Shown: piece by piece, positions 1 through 8,322 of the stretch
How positions within the stretch are numbered: the first letter of the stretch is position 1
Layout of the letters: every line of letters begins with the position of its first letter
Assembly: GCA_026395555.1 (NCBI GenBank)
Contig: JAPLYO010000016.1
Location: 8,412-72,411 of the forward strand
From: Candidatus Peregrinibacteria bacterium
GTDB taxonomy: Bacteria; Patescibacteriota; Gracilibacteria; UBA1369; UBA12463
DNA length: 64,000 nucleotides
Direction: 5' to 3'
Program-made: the position numbers and the translations under genes
The notes under the pieces: generated by a model
The model's database searches: none
The model's input: the letters and a program-made list of their open reading frames with translations, nothing else
What the model was told of the DNA's origin: nothing

Positions 1-1
1 A

Positions 2-493
2 GTAAAAAATATCCGCTAACGCCACGTGATCAATTCGATTCGCTCGCCCTTGTCTCTCGGGCTGAAAATATACTTGTATAATTCCGTTTACATCAGTATT
101 GCTGAGTATATCATCAATAATGGGATACAGTGATTCGATGGGAATAATACCCATCTCAACCAAAGTAGATAAACCCCACGATGATGTTTCCGCGTCTTCT
201 GGGAGCAAATTTTTATTAAGAAAAAAGTTGATGCGATGATCGCCGTCCATATGTTTCATACATGCGCTTATCATTTCTCGGACAGTTTGTGAGACTGGAT
301 GGTGCCTTAAGCTTGTTTCTAGAACGAGAAGAGAAGACGCTATTTCAAGCGGAGTCTGATGAAGCTTACCATCCATCGACCGCGTTTTCCCAAGAAAGCA
401 CGGATATAAACCATCCTTACATCCTTGCTCAAGATAAGCCTCGCTTTCGAGCACTTCGTCTATTTCTAATGTATTTTTCTGAGAAATCCCCAT
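2..493 (-). CDS. Partial ORF (runs off left edge); putative class II terpene-cyclase beta-domain / prenyltransferase-fold homolog
   Basis: Manual translation from ATG 493 is open to the window edge (164 codons): MGISQKNTLE...RINFFLNKNLLPEDAETSSWGLSTL...NTDVNGIIQVYFQPERQGRANRIDHVALADIFY. Resembles the PDDLDTTS and GIIQTYF..RPRIDP motifs I recall from AstC/drimenol-synthase cyclase domains. TTGACA at 570-565 upstream on the minus strand. Confidence 0.6.
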   Translation of the reverse strand, partial: MGISQKNTLEIDEVLESEAYLEQGCKDGLYPCFLGKTRSMDGKLHQTPLEIASSLLVLETSLRHHPVSQTVREMISACMKHMDGDHRINFFLNKNLLPEDAETSSWGLSTLVEMGIIPIESLYPIIDDILSNTDVNGIIQVYFQPERQGRANRIDHVALADIFY

Positions 494-574
494 ATGTTCT
501 TAATAAAGAGTAGTCATATAAAATATCTTACTAGAAGGAAACAAATTACGCCCCTCTTCACAGTTGTCAAATCC

Positions 575-613
575 CAAAGCTAAGCCACTCACTTTCACCA
601 CCATCAAAAAGTA
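575..613. repeat. Direct repeat copy 1 (39 bp) flanking the TA module
   Basis: caaagctaagccactcactttcaccaccatcaaaaagta; 34/39 identical to 1205-1243, with a 21-bp identical core tttcaccaccatcaaaaagta. Confidence 0.85.
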
Positions 614-643
614 AGGAGAGATCATCATGTCTCCATCACATAT

Positions 644-695
644 TTGACTTTTCGCTAAGCTAGATGTATCATTCAAGTGTACACTTAACAGTACT
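644..695 (+). promoter_or_regulatory. Sigma70 promoter and Phd/YefM-type operator of the TA operon
   Basis: TTGACT 644-649, 17 bp, TATCAT 667-672. Perfect palindrome AAGTGTACACTT 675-686 contains the GTGTACAC/TGTACA core of the phd-doc and yefM-yoeB operators; second short palindrome AGTACT at 690-695. Confidence 0.75.
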
Positions 696-700
696 CAATT

Positions 701-946
701 ATGGCAAAAACGATTGCTATCAAAAATTTTAGGAATAACATATCAGCTATTGCGGATAAGGTAGGTAAAGGTCAGGAGTTTATTGTTATTCGTCGATCGA
801 AACCAGCGTTCAAAGTTGTTCCCGTAGGTATAGATGAGGATGATGACGGTTCATGGGAGACTATTGTGGACTTCACAAATAGAGGGAAGACAAATGGAAT
901 GAATCCTAAGGATGTCCTGAAGGTTCTAAAGAAATTAAATCATTAA
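701..946 (+). CDS. Type II antitoxin, Phd/YefM family
   Basis: N-terminal pattern IAIKNFRNNISAIADKV..GQEFIVIRRSKPAFKVVP, acidic C-terminal half, directly upstream of a RelE-like gene. Confidence 0.85.
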   Translation: MAKTIAIKNFRNNISAIADKVGKGQEFIVIRRSKPAFKVVPVGIDEDDDGSWETIVDFTNRGKTNGMNPKDVLKVLKKLNH

Positions 947-955
947 GCATTCGTA

Positions 956-1198
956 ATGAATCAGATTGAGAAATTTTTCAAAAAAATTCCCAAAAAGGAT
1001 CGTATAGCCATCGAAAAAATAATCGCACAGCTCTTGATATATTCCTTCGACGGCCTAGATATTAAAAAAATAGTTGGGCACAAGGACATATATCGTGTTC
1101 GAAGCGGCAAGTATAGGATTATCTATCATGACCTTGGAAATTGCGTACTTCTTCAGTCAATTCGCAAAAGAAATGAATCAACATATGACGATATTTGA
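956..1198 (+). CDS. Type II toxin, RelE/ParE family
   Basis: 80-aa basic protein with DIKKIVGHKDIYRVRSGKYRIIY and a C-terminal RKRNESTY. Confidence 0.85.
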   Translation: MNQIEKFFKKIPKKDRIAIEKIIAQLLIYSFDGLDIKKIVGHKDIYRVRSGKYRIIYHDLGNCVLLQSIRKRNESTYDDI

Positions 1199-1204
1199 TG
1201 CGTT

Positions 1205-1243
1205 CAAAGCTTACCAACTCGTTTTCACCACCATCAAAAAGTA
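1205..1243. repeat. Direct repeat copy 2 (39 bp); contains the stop codon of the protease gene
   Basis: caaagcttaccaactcgttttcaccaccatcaaaaagta, offset exactly 630 bp from copy 1. Confidence 0.85.
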
Positions 1244-2163
1244 GGCAAAAATCCGAAATTCGAAAGTATTTTTTTTAGATACATTATTTGCTGCAAAATA
1301 TGATCAGTAAATGGAGCAATAATAGAAACACCGAAATTATCAGCAGCCGAAACTAAACCGACAACTCGTCCTTGTCTATCTATGACAGGAGATCCAGACT
1401 CACCGGATTGGACTTGATTATAGTTAAGCCAATACTCACGAGGCACCTTAAGATCTTCTGATTTTATGGACTCTGCTGGGGCAAACATCCCATAATAAAA
1501 AGTATGAACCGAGCCCGGAGAATATGTATCGGCAGCCAAAAAAGCATCACCTTTCCTGGGTATGGTATGGGAAATTTGAAGGATGCGATCAGGAGTAAAC
1601 ACAGGCTGCTTCCAGCGAATAACCGCTATATCATATTTGCTACTGAAAGAAAGATTTTCATAGTGCGGGAGAGGAATACCCGTGTAATCAGTAAGTGCGC
1701 AGGCCTGAATATCAGAATCGCGATTAAGCCTTTCACCAGTTTCTCTATCAACAAAGCAATGCGCAGCAGTAATCATAGTTCGGTCATCAATAGGAAAACC
1801 TGAACACATATCTCCGGAATCAAATGCGATAGTATACGTTGAAGCTATGGCTTTATGTTTCAAATCTTCATCCAGCCAAAGAGTATAGCGCGCAAAATCC
1901 GCTCGAGCATGCAATTCACGTTCTTCGCTATGCATCCTGTCCAGATACTGCTTGGTCGTCTCGTCATTCCCATGCTTATTTTCTTGGGAGTGACCATGCA
2001 AAAGCGATAAACCAGCCACCGCTACAATGAATGGTAATGATTTTCGAATATATTTTGTTACTTTAGAAACAGCGTGATTATCAGAAGGAGCTGCGTCTGA
2101 TTCTACTTTATGATCACCTTCTTTGGGTAACTTCGGAGGTGAGGCTTGTCTTGGGATATTCAT
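1234..2163 (-). CDS. Trypsin-like serine protease (S1) with N-terminal hydrophobic anchor
   Basis: Catalytic triad motifs TAAHC, YDIAVI and GESGSP; hydrophobic stretch LPFIVAVAGLSLL. Confidence 0.85.
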   Translation of the reverse strand: MNIPRQASPPKLPKEGDHKVESDAAPSDNHAVSKVTKYIRKSLPFIVAVAGLSLLHGHSQENKHGNDETTKQYLDRMHSEERELHARADFARYTLWLDEDLKHKAIASTYTIAFDSGDMCSGFPIDDRTMITAAHCFVDRETGERLNRDSDIQACALTDYTGIPLPHYENLSFSSKYDIAVIRWKQPVFTPDRILQISHTIPRKGDAFLAADTYSPGSVHTFYYGMFAPAESIKSEDLKVPREYWLNYNQVQSGESGSPVIDRQGRVVGLVSAADNFGVSIIAPFTDHILQQIMYLKKILSNFGFLPTF

Positions 2164-2191
2164 ATATGTATATTATAACATATATATTGTA

Positions 2192-2593
2192 TCATGACAA
2201 TATGCCAAACTCCCCCTCTTTAAAGTCCATCTCGAACGACGCATAATCATCCGTAAGCTCATCTCCAGGATGAATATCCATTATCGCCTTCGTAACTACC
2301 TCATCTTCATCATCATAATAAGCACTGAGTGTATTGGGTGCAGAGGAGTGATTGAAATATTTTGCGTCATCAGAGGCCATGCAGTACTTGCCACTTTTTT
2401 TACTCAACCACATATATTTTTTCATATATAGCTGAACGCGATCGGGGAATTTCTGTATATCCTCTGCGGTAAATTTCAAATCAAACCCCGGAGTAAATCG
2501 CCATATAATTGTACCTACTGGGATAAACTCATCGGCAAATAAACCAATGCCCTCTATCGCACTCGGACCGATTTTAGTTTTGATGCAAAGCAT
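2192..2593 (-). CDS. SET-domain protein (putative lysine methyltransferase)
   Basis: GIGLFA, YFNHSSAPN and ELTDDY SET motifs; no post-SET cysteines. Confidence 0.9.
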   Translation of the reverse strand: MLCIKTKIGPSAIEGIGLFADEFIPVGTIIWRFTPGFDLKFTAEDIQKFPDRVQLYMKKYMWLSKKSGKYCMASDDAKYFNHSSAPNTLSAYYDDEDEVVTKAIMDIHPGDELTDDYASFEMDFKEGEFGILS

Positions 2594-2620
2594 GTGCGAA
2601 AGAGGACAAAGGAATAAGTC

Positions 2621-3925
2621 TCAATAACTCACGCTCACATCGTCCACATGCACATGGGCGTCCTCGGTATAGAGGCCGATTTTTCCTGATGTGTATGGTC
2701 TTTCCGCGTCAGTGAATGAGGTAATTTTCGCACCATCCACCCAGACGGTGATGAGGTTTTGGGCGTCTTGGGTAATTTTGACGGTGTAAAACTGGCCAAT
2801 GGGAAAGAGTTTGTCAGAGCCGGTAGCCAGGAAGCGCTGACCGCCCGGATACGAAGGATCACGCTTGCCGAGCTCCCAACCATTAGTCTTCGGAATGAAG
2901 TAATAGAAATGAGCGTTATCGGTATAATTCCACACCACCCATCCAACCTCCCAAGGATTCTGTATTGGCCCGTTATAAGCAGGACCGGTCACGAGACTCG
3001 ACTCGGTCTTGTCCGATGAGGTAACAGCCCGAGGAGATAAATGAAGTACGTTATTACCGGCATCCGACTCAATGCCTACCGTTCCATAACCGGCAAACTG
3101 TGTGAACCATGAACCAAAACTTTCGCCGTCAGTATAGTAGTGAGACGGATAAGAGGTGAAATTATCGGTGAATGAAGACGGAATCGGCGCCGGAGGAGTA
3201 ACAATCACAACGGGAGTTGGATCTGGAGTAGGAGTCGGAACAGGTGTTGGCGTGGGAGTAGGGGTCGGCAAAGGAGTTGGGACAATTTTTCGAGGAGCTA
3301 AATTAATGGCATGCGCGATCATCTTCGACATTTCTGCGCGATTCACAAGACCGTTTGGGTCAAAAAATCCAGCATCATAACCATCGACAATTGACCAGTA
3401 GTAAGCGGTTTCAACAGCATTGTAAAACCAATCAGTTGATCTTACGTCAGAAAAATGAGGTGCACCCTCTACATGCTGCTCAAGATGAAAAGCCTTCCCG
3501 ATCATCATGACAAACTCAGCGCGCGTAATAGCACGATCAGGCGCAAAGGTGTGATCACTATAGCCCGAGATGACTCCTCTCGACTTAGCCGTTTCAATAA
3601 AAGTATAAGCCCATGAAGACTTCTCGACATCGGTGAATGATGGCGTGACGGGAGTGATGAGATTGGAATCAGCAATACTTGGCGCCTTGACGACAATCTT
3701 GGCGGCCATAGCACGAGTAAGATATGCAGAAGGATCAAAGGTCGCTCTCGAGCCGTCAATAATACCAAAAGTTGCAAGATTATTGACATAAGTAGCATAC
3801 CAATCACTAGGACTGACGTCAGAAAAAGCATCGGCAAAAGTAAGTGAGTTCATCAAAAGCGCGACAAGAGCAAACGATCCGATGAAAAATCTGTACGGAC
3901 GGTAATGAAAATTATGTTGATTCAT
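2621..3925 (-). CDS. Secreted S-layer homology (SLH x3) protein with Pro/Thr linker and C-terminal ConA-like/DUF1080-type beta-sandwich
   Basis: Signal peptide ending ADA; FSDV..W...G...F.P...TRAE-type repeats; (PT)n linker at ~3190-3285; C-terminal GKIGLYTEDAHVHVDDVSV. Start placed at ATG 3925. Confidence 0.85.
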   Translation of the reverse strand: MNQHNFHYRPYRFFIGSFALVALLMNSLTFADAFSDVSPSDWYATYVNNLATFGIIDGSRATFDPSAYLTRAMAAKIVVKAPSIADSNLITPVTPSFTDVEKSSWAYTFIETAKSRGVISGYSDHTFAPDRAITRAEFVMMIGKAFHLEQHVEGAPHFSDVRSTDWFYNAVETAYYWSIVDGYDAGFFDPNGLVNRAEMSKMIAHAINLAPRKIVPTPLPTPTPTPTPVPTPTPDPTPVVIVTPPAPIPSSFTDNFTSYPSHYYTDGESFGSWFTQFAGYGTVGIESDAGNNVLHLSPRAVTSSDKTESSLVTGPAYNGPIQNPWEVGWVVWNYTDNAHFYYFIPKTNGWELGKRDPSYPGGQRFLATGSDKLFPIGQFYTVKITQDAQNLITVWVDGAKITSFTDAERPYTSGKIGLYTEDAHVHVDDVSVSY

Positions 3926-4010
3926 AAGAACGAATTTATGGCATAGGTACAAAGAAATTAAACGCTATTCATATGAGAATATCAATACAAAAAATGAGTA
4001 TAAACAATGT

Positions 4011-4061
4011 TTGACAAGGCTGCAAAAATTAGATAAGATACTTACCTATTAAGGTACTTAC
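4011..4061 (+). promoter_or_regulatory. Sigma70 promoter and probable MarR operator
   Basis: TTGACA 4011-4016, 17 bp, TAAGAT 4034-4039; inverted repeat TACCT-atta-AGGTA 4043-4056 just downstream. Confidence 0.6.
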
Positions 4062-4066
4062 ATGCT

Positions 4067-4525
4067 ATGACAACCAGAAAACAGCAAATAGAAAATATCG
4101 TGGAAGGAATGAGAGCCATAAAGCAAAAAATGGTCGTCTGTCATGTTAAAAAATCCTCATCCAGGAAGGAAAAGAATACCCCAATTACTCCATCTCAATG
4201 GGCGGTAATGACAATCGTCATGGAGAAAAAAGGGCTCGGCATAAAAGAAATAGCAGAAAAATTAGAAATGACGAGTAGTGCGGCAACTCAGCTCGTAGAT
4301 GGACTGGTAGAAAATGGCTATTTGAAGAGAAAAAACAACACCACGGATCGTCGAGCTATTCTCCTCGAAATATCACCAAAACACGCAAAGAAAATGAATG
4401 AAATAAAAGAAAAAGCGATTGAACGGTTTACTACTCTCTTTGGCGCCCTGAACGACAAAGAGCTCGCAACCTATATCAAATTACAAAAGAAGATTATCAA
4501 TACTCCCCTATCCCGCAATGAGTAA
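4067..4525 (+). CDS. MarR-family transcriptional regulator
   Basis: ITPSQWAVM...EIAEKLEMTSSAATQLVDGLVENGYLKR...DRR winged helix-turn-helix. Confidence 0.92.
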   Translation: MTTRKQQIENIVEGMRAIKQKMVVCHVKKSSSRKEKNTPITPSQWAVMTIVMEKKGLGIKEIAEKLEMTSSAATQLVDGLVENGYLKRKNNTTDRRAILLEISPKHAKKMNEIKEKAIERFTTLFGALNDKELATYIKLQKKIINTPLSRNE

Positions 4526-6131
4526 ACCTCTTTTCAATCTACAAAAAGCTAAAAAACCTGGAATATTCGGTTTACTACGACCGTATATTAAACCTATAGG
4601 CGTGCTCGTAATGCTCGCTGTCGCCAGCAGTAGCGCCGGCTTGATACTACCAAAAATCATTTCCCATGCGATCGACTCGTACATACACAAAACATACGAT
4701 GCATCATTACTTTTATGGGAATTTGGAGGAACAATTGCCGCCATATTTGTGATCACCTACGTACAAAATATCGTGCAAACATACACGTCGGAAATGTTCG
4801 TAGCGCAGGCCATAGCCTCTCTCGCCTCTTCTGTCATTATCATTATCGGTGCCGCCATATTACTTTTCAGTATCAACTGGAAGCTCGCCATCGCAGTTAT
4901 TACCATTATACCCATTCTAGGCACCCTCTTCTTTTTCGTATTCAGTAAGGTAAAAGTCCTCATGAAAAGAAGTCGTGAGGTCGTAGACTGGCTCAACAAA
5001 GTCATAAACGAAAGTATCTTAGGATCGGCCCTGATACGAGTATTGAACTCGCAGCAGTCGGAATATGAAAAATTCGTTACTGCCAATACCGATGCGAAAG
5101 ATAACGGGATACGCATTCTCAAAACGTTCGCAAGCATGATACCAATCATCACCTTCGTAGCAAATATTGCCATGCTTGTTATTCTCGTTATGGGCGGACA
5201 CTTCATCATCGGAGGAACGATGACGCTTGGCGATTTCACGGCATTTAATAGTTATGTTGCATTACTCATATTCCCTATTCTCCTCATAGGAATGATGAGC
5301 AATGTCATGGCACAGGCAACAGCCTCATATCAACGCATCGCAGAAGTGCTCCATACCAAAGAAGAAGAAAAAGTTGGCACCCTAAAAAAATCATTGAAGG
5401 GCAACGTCGAGCTCAAGGACATTACGCTTACCTTTGGAGAAAAACCGGCACTAAAAAATGTATCATTAAAGATATCAGGGAAGAGCAAAACGGCGATTAT
5501 CGGTCCGACGGCAGCCGGAAAAACACAGCTCCTCTACCTCCTCATAGGGCTTACTCATGCCACGGCGGGGACGGTGAAATATGACGGTGAGGACATCGGT
5601 TCATACGATAAAGAAACACTGCATAGTCAGGTCGGATTCGTTTTTCAGGATAGTATTATTTTTAATTTGACCTTACGTGAAAACATAGCCTTCAGCGACA
5701 CAGTGAAGGATATCGATTTGCAAAAAGCCATCGAGACAGCTGAGCTTGAAGACTTCATTGGGACACTTCCGAATGGGCTCGACACGATCGTATCGGAACG
5801 TGGATCAAGCCTTTCTGGAGGCCAAAAACAGCGCATCATGCTTGCACGAGCGCTAGCACTCAATCCAAAAATTCTACTACTCGATGACTTCACCGCGCGA
5901 GTGGATAATAAAACAGAACGCAAAATTCTAGACAATATTGAGAAAAATTATCCGGACATTACGCTGATCTCGGTAACGCAAAAAATAACATCGATCGAAA
6001 AATACGACCAAATAATTCTCTTGATGGAGGGCGAGATTATCGCATCTGGAAAGCACGATGAGCTCATCCACACCTGCCCGGAATATGCACAGATATACAA
6101 CTCTCAAAAAAGCACCAGCCACTATGAATAA
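4518..6131 (+). CDS. ABC exporter half-transporter (TMD+NBD), degenerate-site subunit; apparent in-frame internal deletion near 4793
   Basis: Walker A GPTAAGKT, signature LSGGQ, non-canonical Walker B LLDDF and Q in place of the switch His (VTQK). The cytoplasmic loop expected between TM2 and TM3 is missing (YTSE|MFVAQ). Confidence 0.88.
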   Translation: MSKPLFNLQKAKKPGIFGLLRPYIKPIGVLVMLAVASSSAGLILPKIISHAIDSYIHKTYDASLLLWEFGGTIAAIFVITYVQNIVQTYTSEMFVAQAIASLASSVIIIIGAAILLFSINWKLAIAVITIIPILGTLFFFVFSKVKVLMKRSREVVDWLNKVINESILGSALIRVLNSQQSEYEKFVTANTDAKDNGIRILKTFASMIPIITFVANIAMLVILVMGGHFIIGGTMTLGDFTAFNSYVALLIFPILLIGMMSNVMAQATASYQRIAEVLHTKEEEKVGTLKKSLKGNVELKDITLTFGEKPALKNVSLKISGKSKTAIIGPTAAGKTQLLYLLIGLTHATAGTVKYDGEDIGSYDKETLHSQVGFVFQDSIIFNLTLRENIAFSDTVKDIDLQKAIETAELEDFIGTLPNGLDTIVSERGSSLSGGQKQRIMLARALALNPKILLLDDFTARVDNKTERKILDNIEKNYPDITLISVTQKITSIEKYDQIILLMEGEIIASGKHDELIHTCPEYAQIYNSQKSTSHYE

Positions 6132-7971
6132 TTATGCGTTGAATAAATCGGCAAAGGGAAAGGAGAAAATAAAAGTCTGGGCAACTCTCAGGAAACTTTT
6201 ACCTCTTATGAAGGATGAAAAAAAGGATATATTCCTTGCGGGGTTTACCATGCTCATTAACTCAGGATTAACGCTTGTAGCTCCTGTTCTCATTGGTCAT
6301 ACCGTTGATACCTACATTCAGGAAAAAGACTTCCATGGTGTCTTGGTATACGCCTCCATCTTGCTCGGAATGTACATCCTCGCCATGATTGCAAACTACT
6401 TCCAAACCCTCCTCATGGGCACGGTAGGCCAGCACGTATTATTCAATTTACGAAACAGCATTTTTGACAAAATCCAGTCTCTTCCGGTAGCATTTTTCAA
6501 TCAGAATAAAACGGGTGATCTGATCTCTCGCATCAATAACGATACAGACAAAATTAATGAGTTCTTTTCTCGAAGTTTAATTCAGTTCGTCTCAAGTATC
6601 ATCATGATTGTCGGTGCAGGAATCTTCATCATAAGTATTAATTGGGAACTCGGAATCGCCGCATTAATTCCAGCTTTTACCCTCCTCATCTTCACTCGAA
6701 TGATCTCGGCATGGATGAAGCGTACGAACGCAAAAAACCTCAAAAGCATCGGTGGAATGAGTGGAGAAATTGCGGAGAGCCTGGATCATTTCAAGGTAAT
6801 TGTCGCGTTCAATCGTCGCGATTATTTCCGCAAGAAATTCAGCATCGTTAATGAAGCGAATTATAGCAATGCGGTCAGCGCAGGTATCGCCAACAACACA
6901 CTCACGCCAATGTACGGACTTGCTTCCGGTGCAGCGCAACTCATCGTTGTCGCCTATGGTATCTACTTAATATCGATCGGAAGTTTCACGCTAGGGCTCT
7001 TGATTAGCTTCCTAACATACATCAGCAGACTCTACGATCCTCTCAGACAAATGGCTATGGTATGGTCGAACTTCCAGATGGCACTCGCTGCATGGGACCG
7101 TATTCATGATATTTTGATGCTAAAATCCAATCTCGTTGTCATGCCGTCTTCAGCACCGATTTTCAAGTTTTCCACAAAAACATCAAAACTATTCGAGTTC
7201 AGCCCGACGCTTCTAGAGTTCAAAAACGTTCATTTCGGATATCCTGACGGGAAGAAAGTATTGCACGATATCAACTTCCGACTTGCTCGTGGAAAAACAT
7301 ACGCTCTCGTCGGACCGACGGGAGGAGGAAAAACCACGACAGCATCACTGATGGCACGTCTCTACGATCCCACGGAAGGAAAAGTACTCCTCAACGGAAA
7401 AGATATGAGAAGCTACGAAGCGAGTGAGCGCGCAAAGAGTATTGGATTTATTTTACAGGAACCATTCCTCTTTACCGGCATGGTGCGCGATAATATTCTC
7501 TATGGAAACAAATCATACGATCGATATACCAACAAAGAATTAGAAAAGGCTATCGAAGATGCGGGATTGGGTGGACTTCTCAAGCGATTCAACGAAGGTC
7601 TTGAGACAAAAATATCAGCAAACGGCAATACGCTCAGTCTCGGCCAAAAACAGCTCATCGCCTTCATGCGAGCCGTACTGCGAGATCCTGAATTATTAAT
7701 CCTCGACGAAGCAACGGCGAACATCGACACGATTACCGAGCAGCTTCTCGAAGATATCCTAAAAAAATTACCGGCAAAAACAACAAAGGTCATCATCGCT
7801 CATCGACTCAACACTATCGAAAATGCCGATGAGATATTCTTCATCAATGACGGAGAGGTCACGCTTGCCATAAAAGCCCTACCAAACATCTCACCCTGCG
7901 TATCGGCATCACTACACATAACTCGATCATTTCTGACAACAGTGACCGCGAGCGATAACTTCACGACATAA
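6124..7971 (+). CDS. ABC exporter half-transporter, consensus-site subunit; C-terminus apparently replaced by read-through into the neighbouring gene
   Basis: GPTGGGKTT, LSLGQ, LILDEAT, AHRL. Start ATG 6124 overlaps the upstream stop. After DGEVTLA (~7870) the frame reads the antisense strand of ORF 7800-8231. Confidence 0.88.
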   Translation: MNNYALNKSAKGKEKIKVWATLRKLLPLMKDEKKDIFLAGFTMLINSGLTLVAPVLIGHTVDTYIQEKDFHGVLVYASILLGMYILAMIANYFQTLLMGTVGQHVLFNLRNSIFDKIQSLPVAFFNQNKTGDLISRINNDTDKINEFFSRSLIQFVSSIIMIVGAGIFIISINWELGIAALIPAFTLLIFTRMISAWMKRTNAKNLKSIGGMSGEIAESLDHFKVIVAFNRRDYFRKKFSIVNEANYSNAVSAGIANNTLTPMYGLASGAAQLIVVAYGIYLISIGSFTLGLLISFLTYISRLYDPLRQMAMVWSNFQMALAAWDRIHDILMLKSNLVVMPSSAPIFKFSTKTSKLFEFSPTLLEFKNVHFGYPDGKKVLHDINFRLARGKTYALVGPTGGGKTTTASLMARLYDPTEGKVLLNGKDMRSYEASERAKSIGFILQEPFLFTGMVRDNILYGNKSYDRYTNKELEKAIEDAGLGGLLKRFNEGLETKISANGNTLSLGQKQLIAFMRAVLRDPELLILDEATANIDTITEQLLEDILKKLPAKTTKVIIAHRLNTIENADEIFFINDGEVTLAIKALPNISPCVSASLHITRSFLTTVTASDNFTT

Positions 7972-8231
7972 AGTTCTTTTCGTTTTTCGCATAAAAATCT
8001 CGTCTCTCTTTCATGTCCAAGTATTCTGAACTCAGCTCCATCGGGAATCGACATGAGAAATTTTTCCATATCGTCTTCGTTGAAAGATGGAATTAGCTCG
8101 CGCACATATGAGTCGACGTTAAGCATCGTGATCATATCGGCCAAGGTATATTTTTCGCCGCCTCGGGGAAAGAGGTCTCGTCGGTGATAGTCGTCCTTAT
8201 TAAAGGATGATGGACTTCCTAAGGAATTCAT
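7800..8231 (-). CDS. Hypothetical protein; 3' end probably truncated or chimeric
   Basis: ATG preceded by an AT-rich leader and a TTGACT...TAGAAT promoter-like pair; overlaps the ABC gene convergently by 172 bp. Confidence 0.5.
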   Translation of the reverse strand: MNSLGSPSSFNKDDYHRRDLFPRGGEKYTLADMITMLNVDSYVRELIPSFNEDDMEKFLMSIPDGAEFRILGHERETRFLCEKRKELYVVKLSLAVTVVRNDRVMCSDADTQGEMFGRAFMASVTSPSLMKNISSAFSIVLSR

Positions 8232-8322
8232 AAGACATATTGATTATCAAGAATACACATTCTATGTAATTCTGAAGAAAAAGTCAATACTGGTTCACGC
8301 AAAAATCAGCTTTGGAAATGCA

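Noticed and set aside
262-513. 83-aa plus-strand ORF in the track
   Set aside because: Antisense shadow of the longer minus-strand ORF 2-493, which has recognisable motifs and a promoter.
575-1243. Integron attC sites or CRISPR repeats around the TA pair
   Set aside because: Only two copies 630 bp apart, no RYYYAAC/GTTRRRY dyad, no spacer array, no integrase or cas gene.
3180-3290. Short-period repeats in the SLH gene (similar tract at 8540-8690)
   Set aside because: They encode Pro/Thr/Ala linkers with varied codons; not a DNA-level repeat element.
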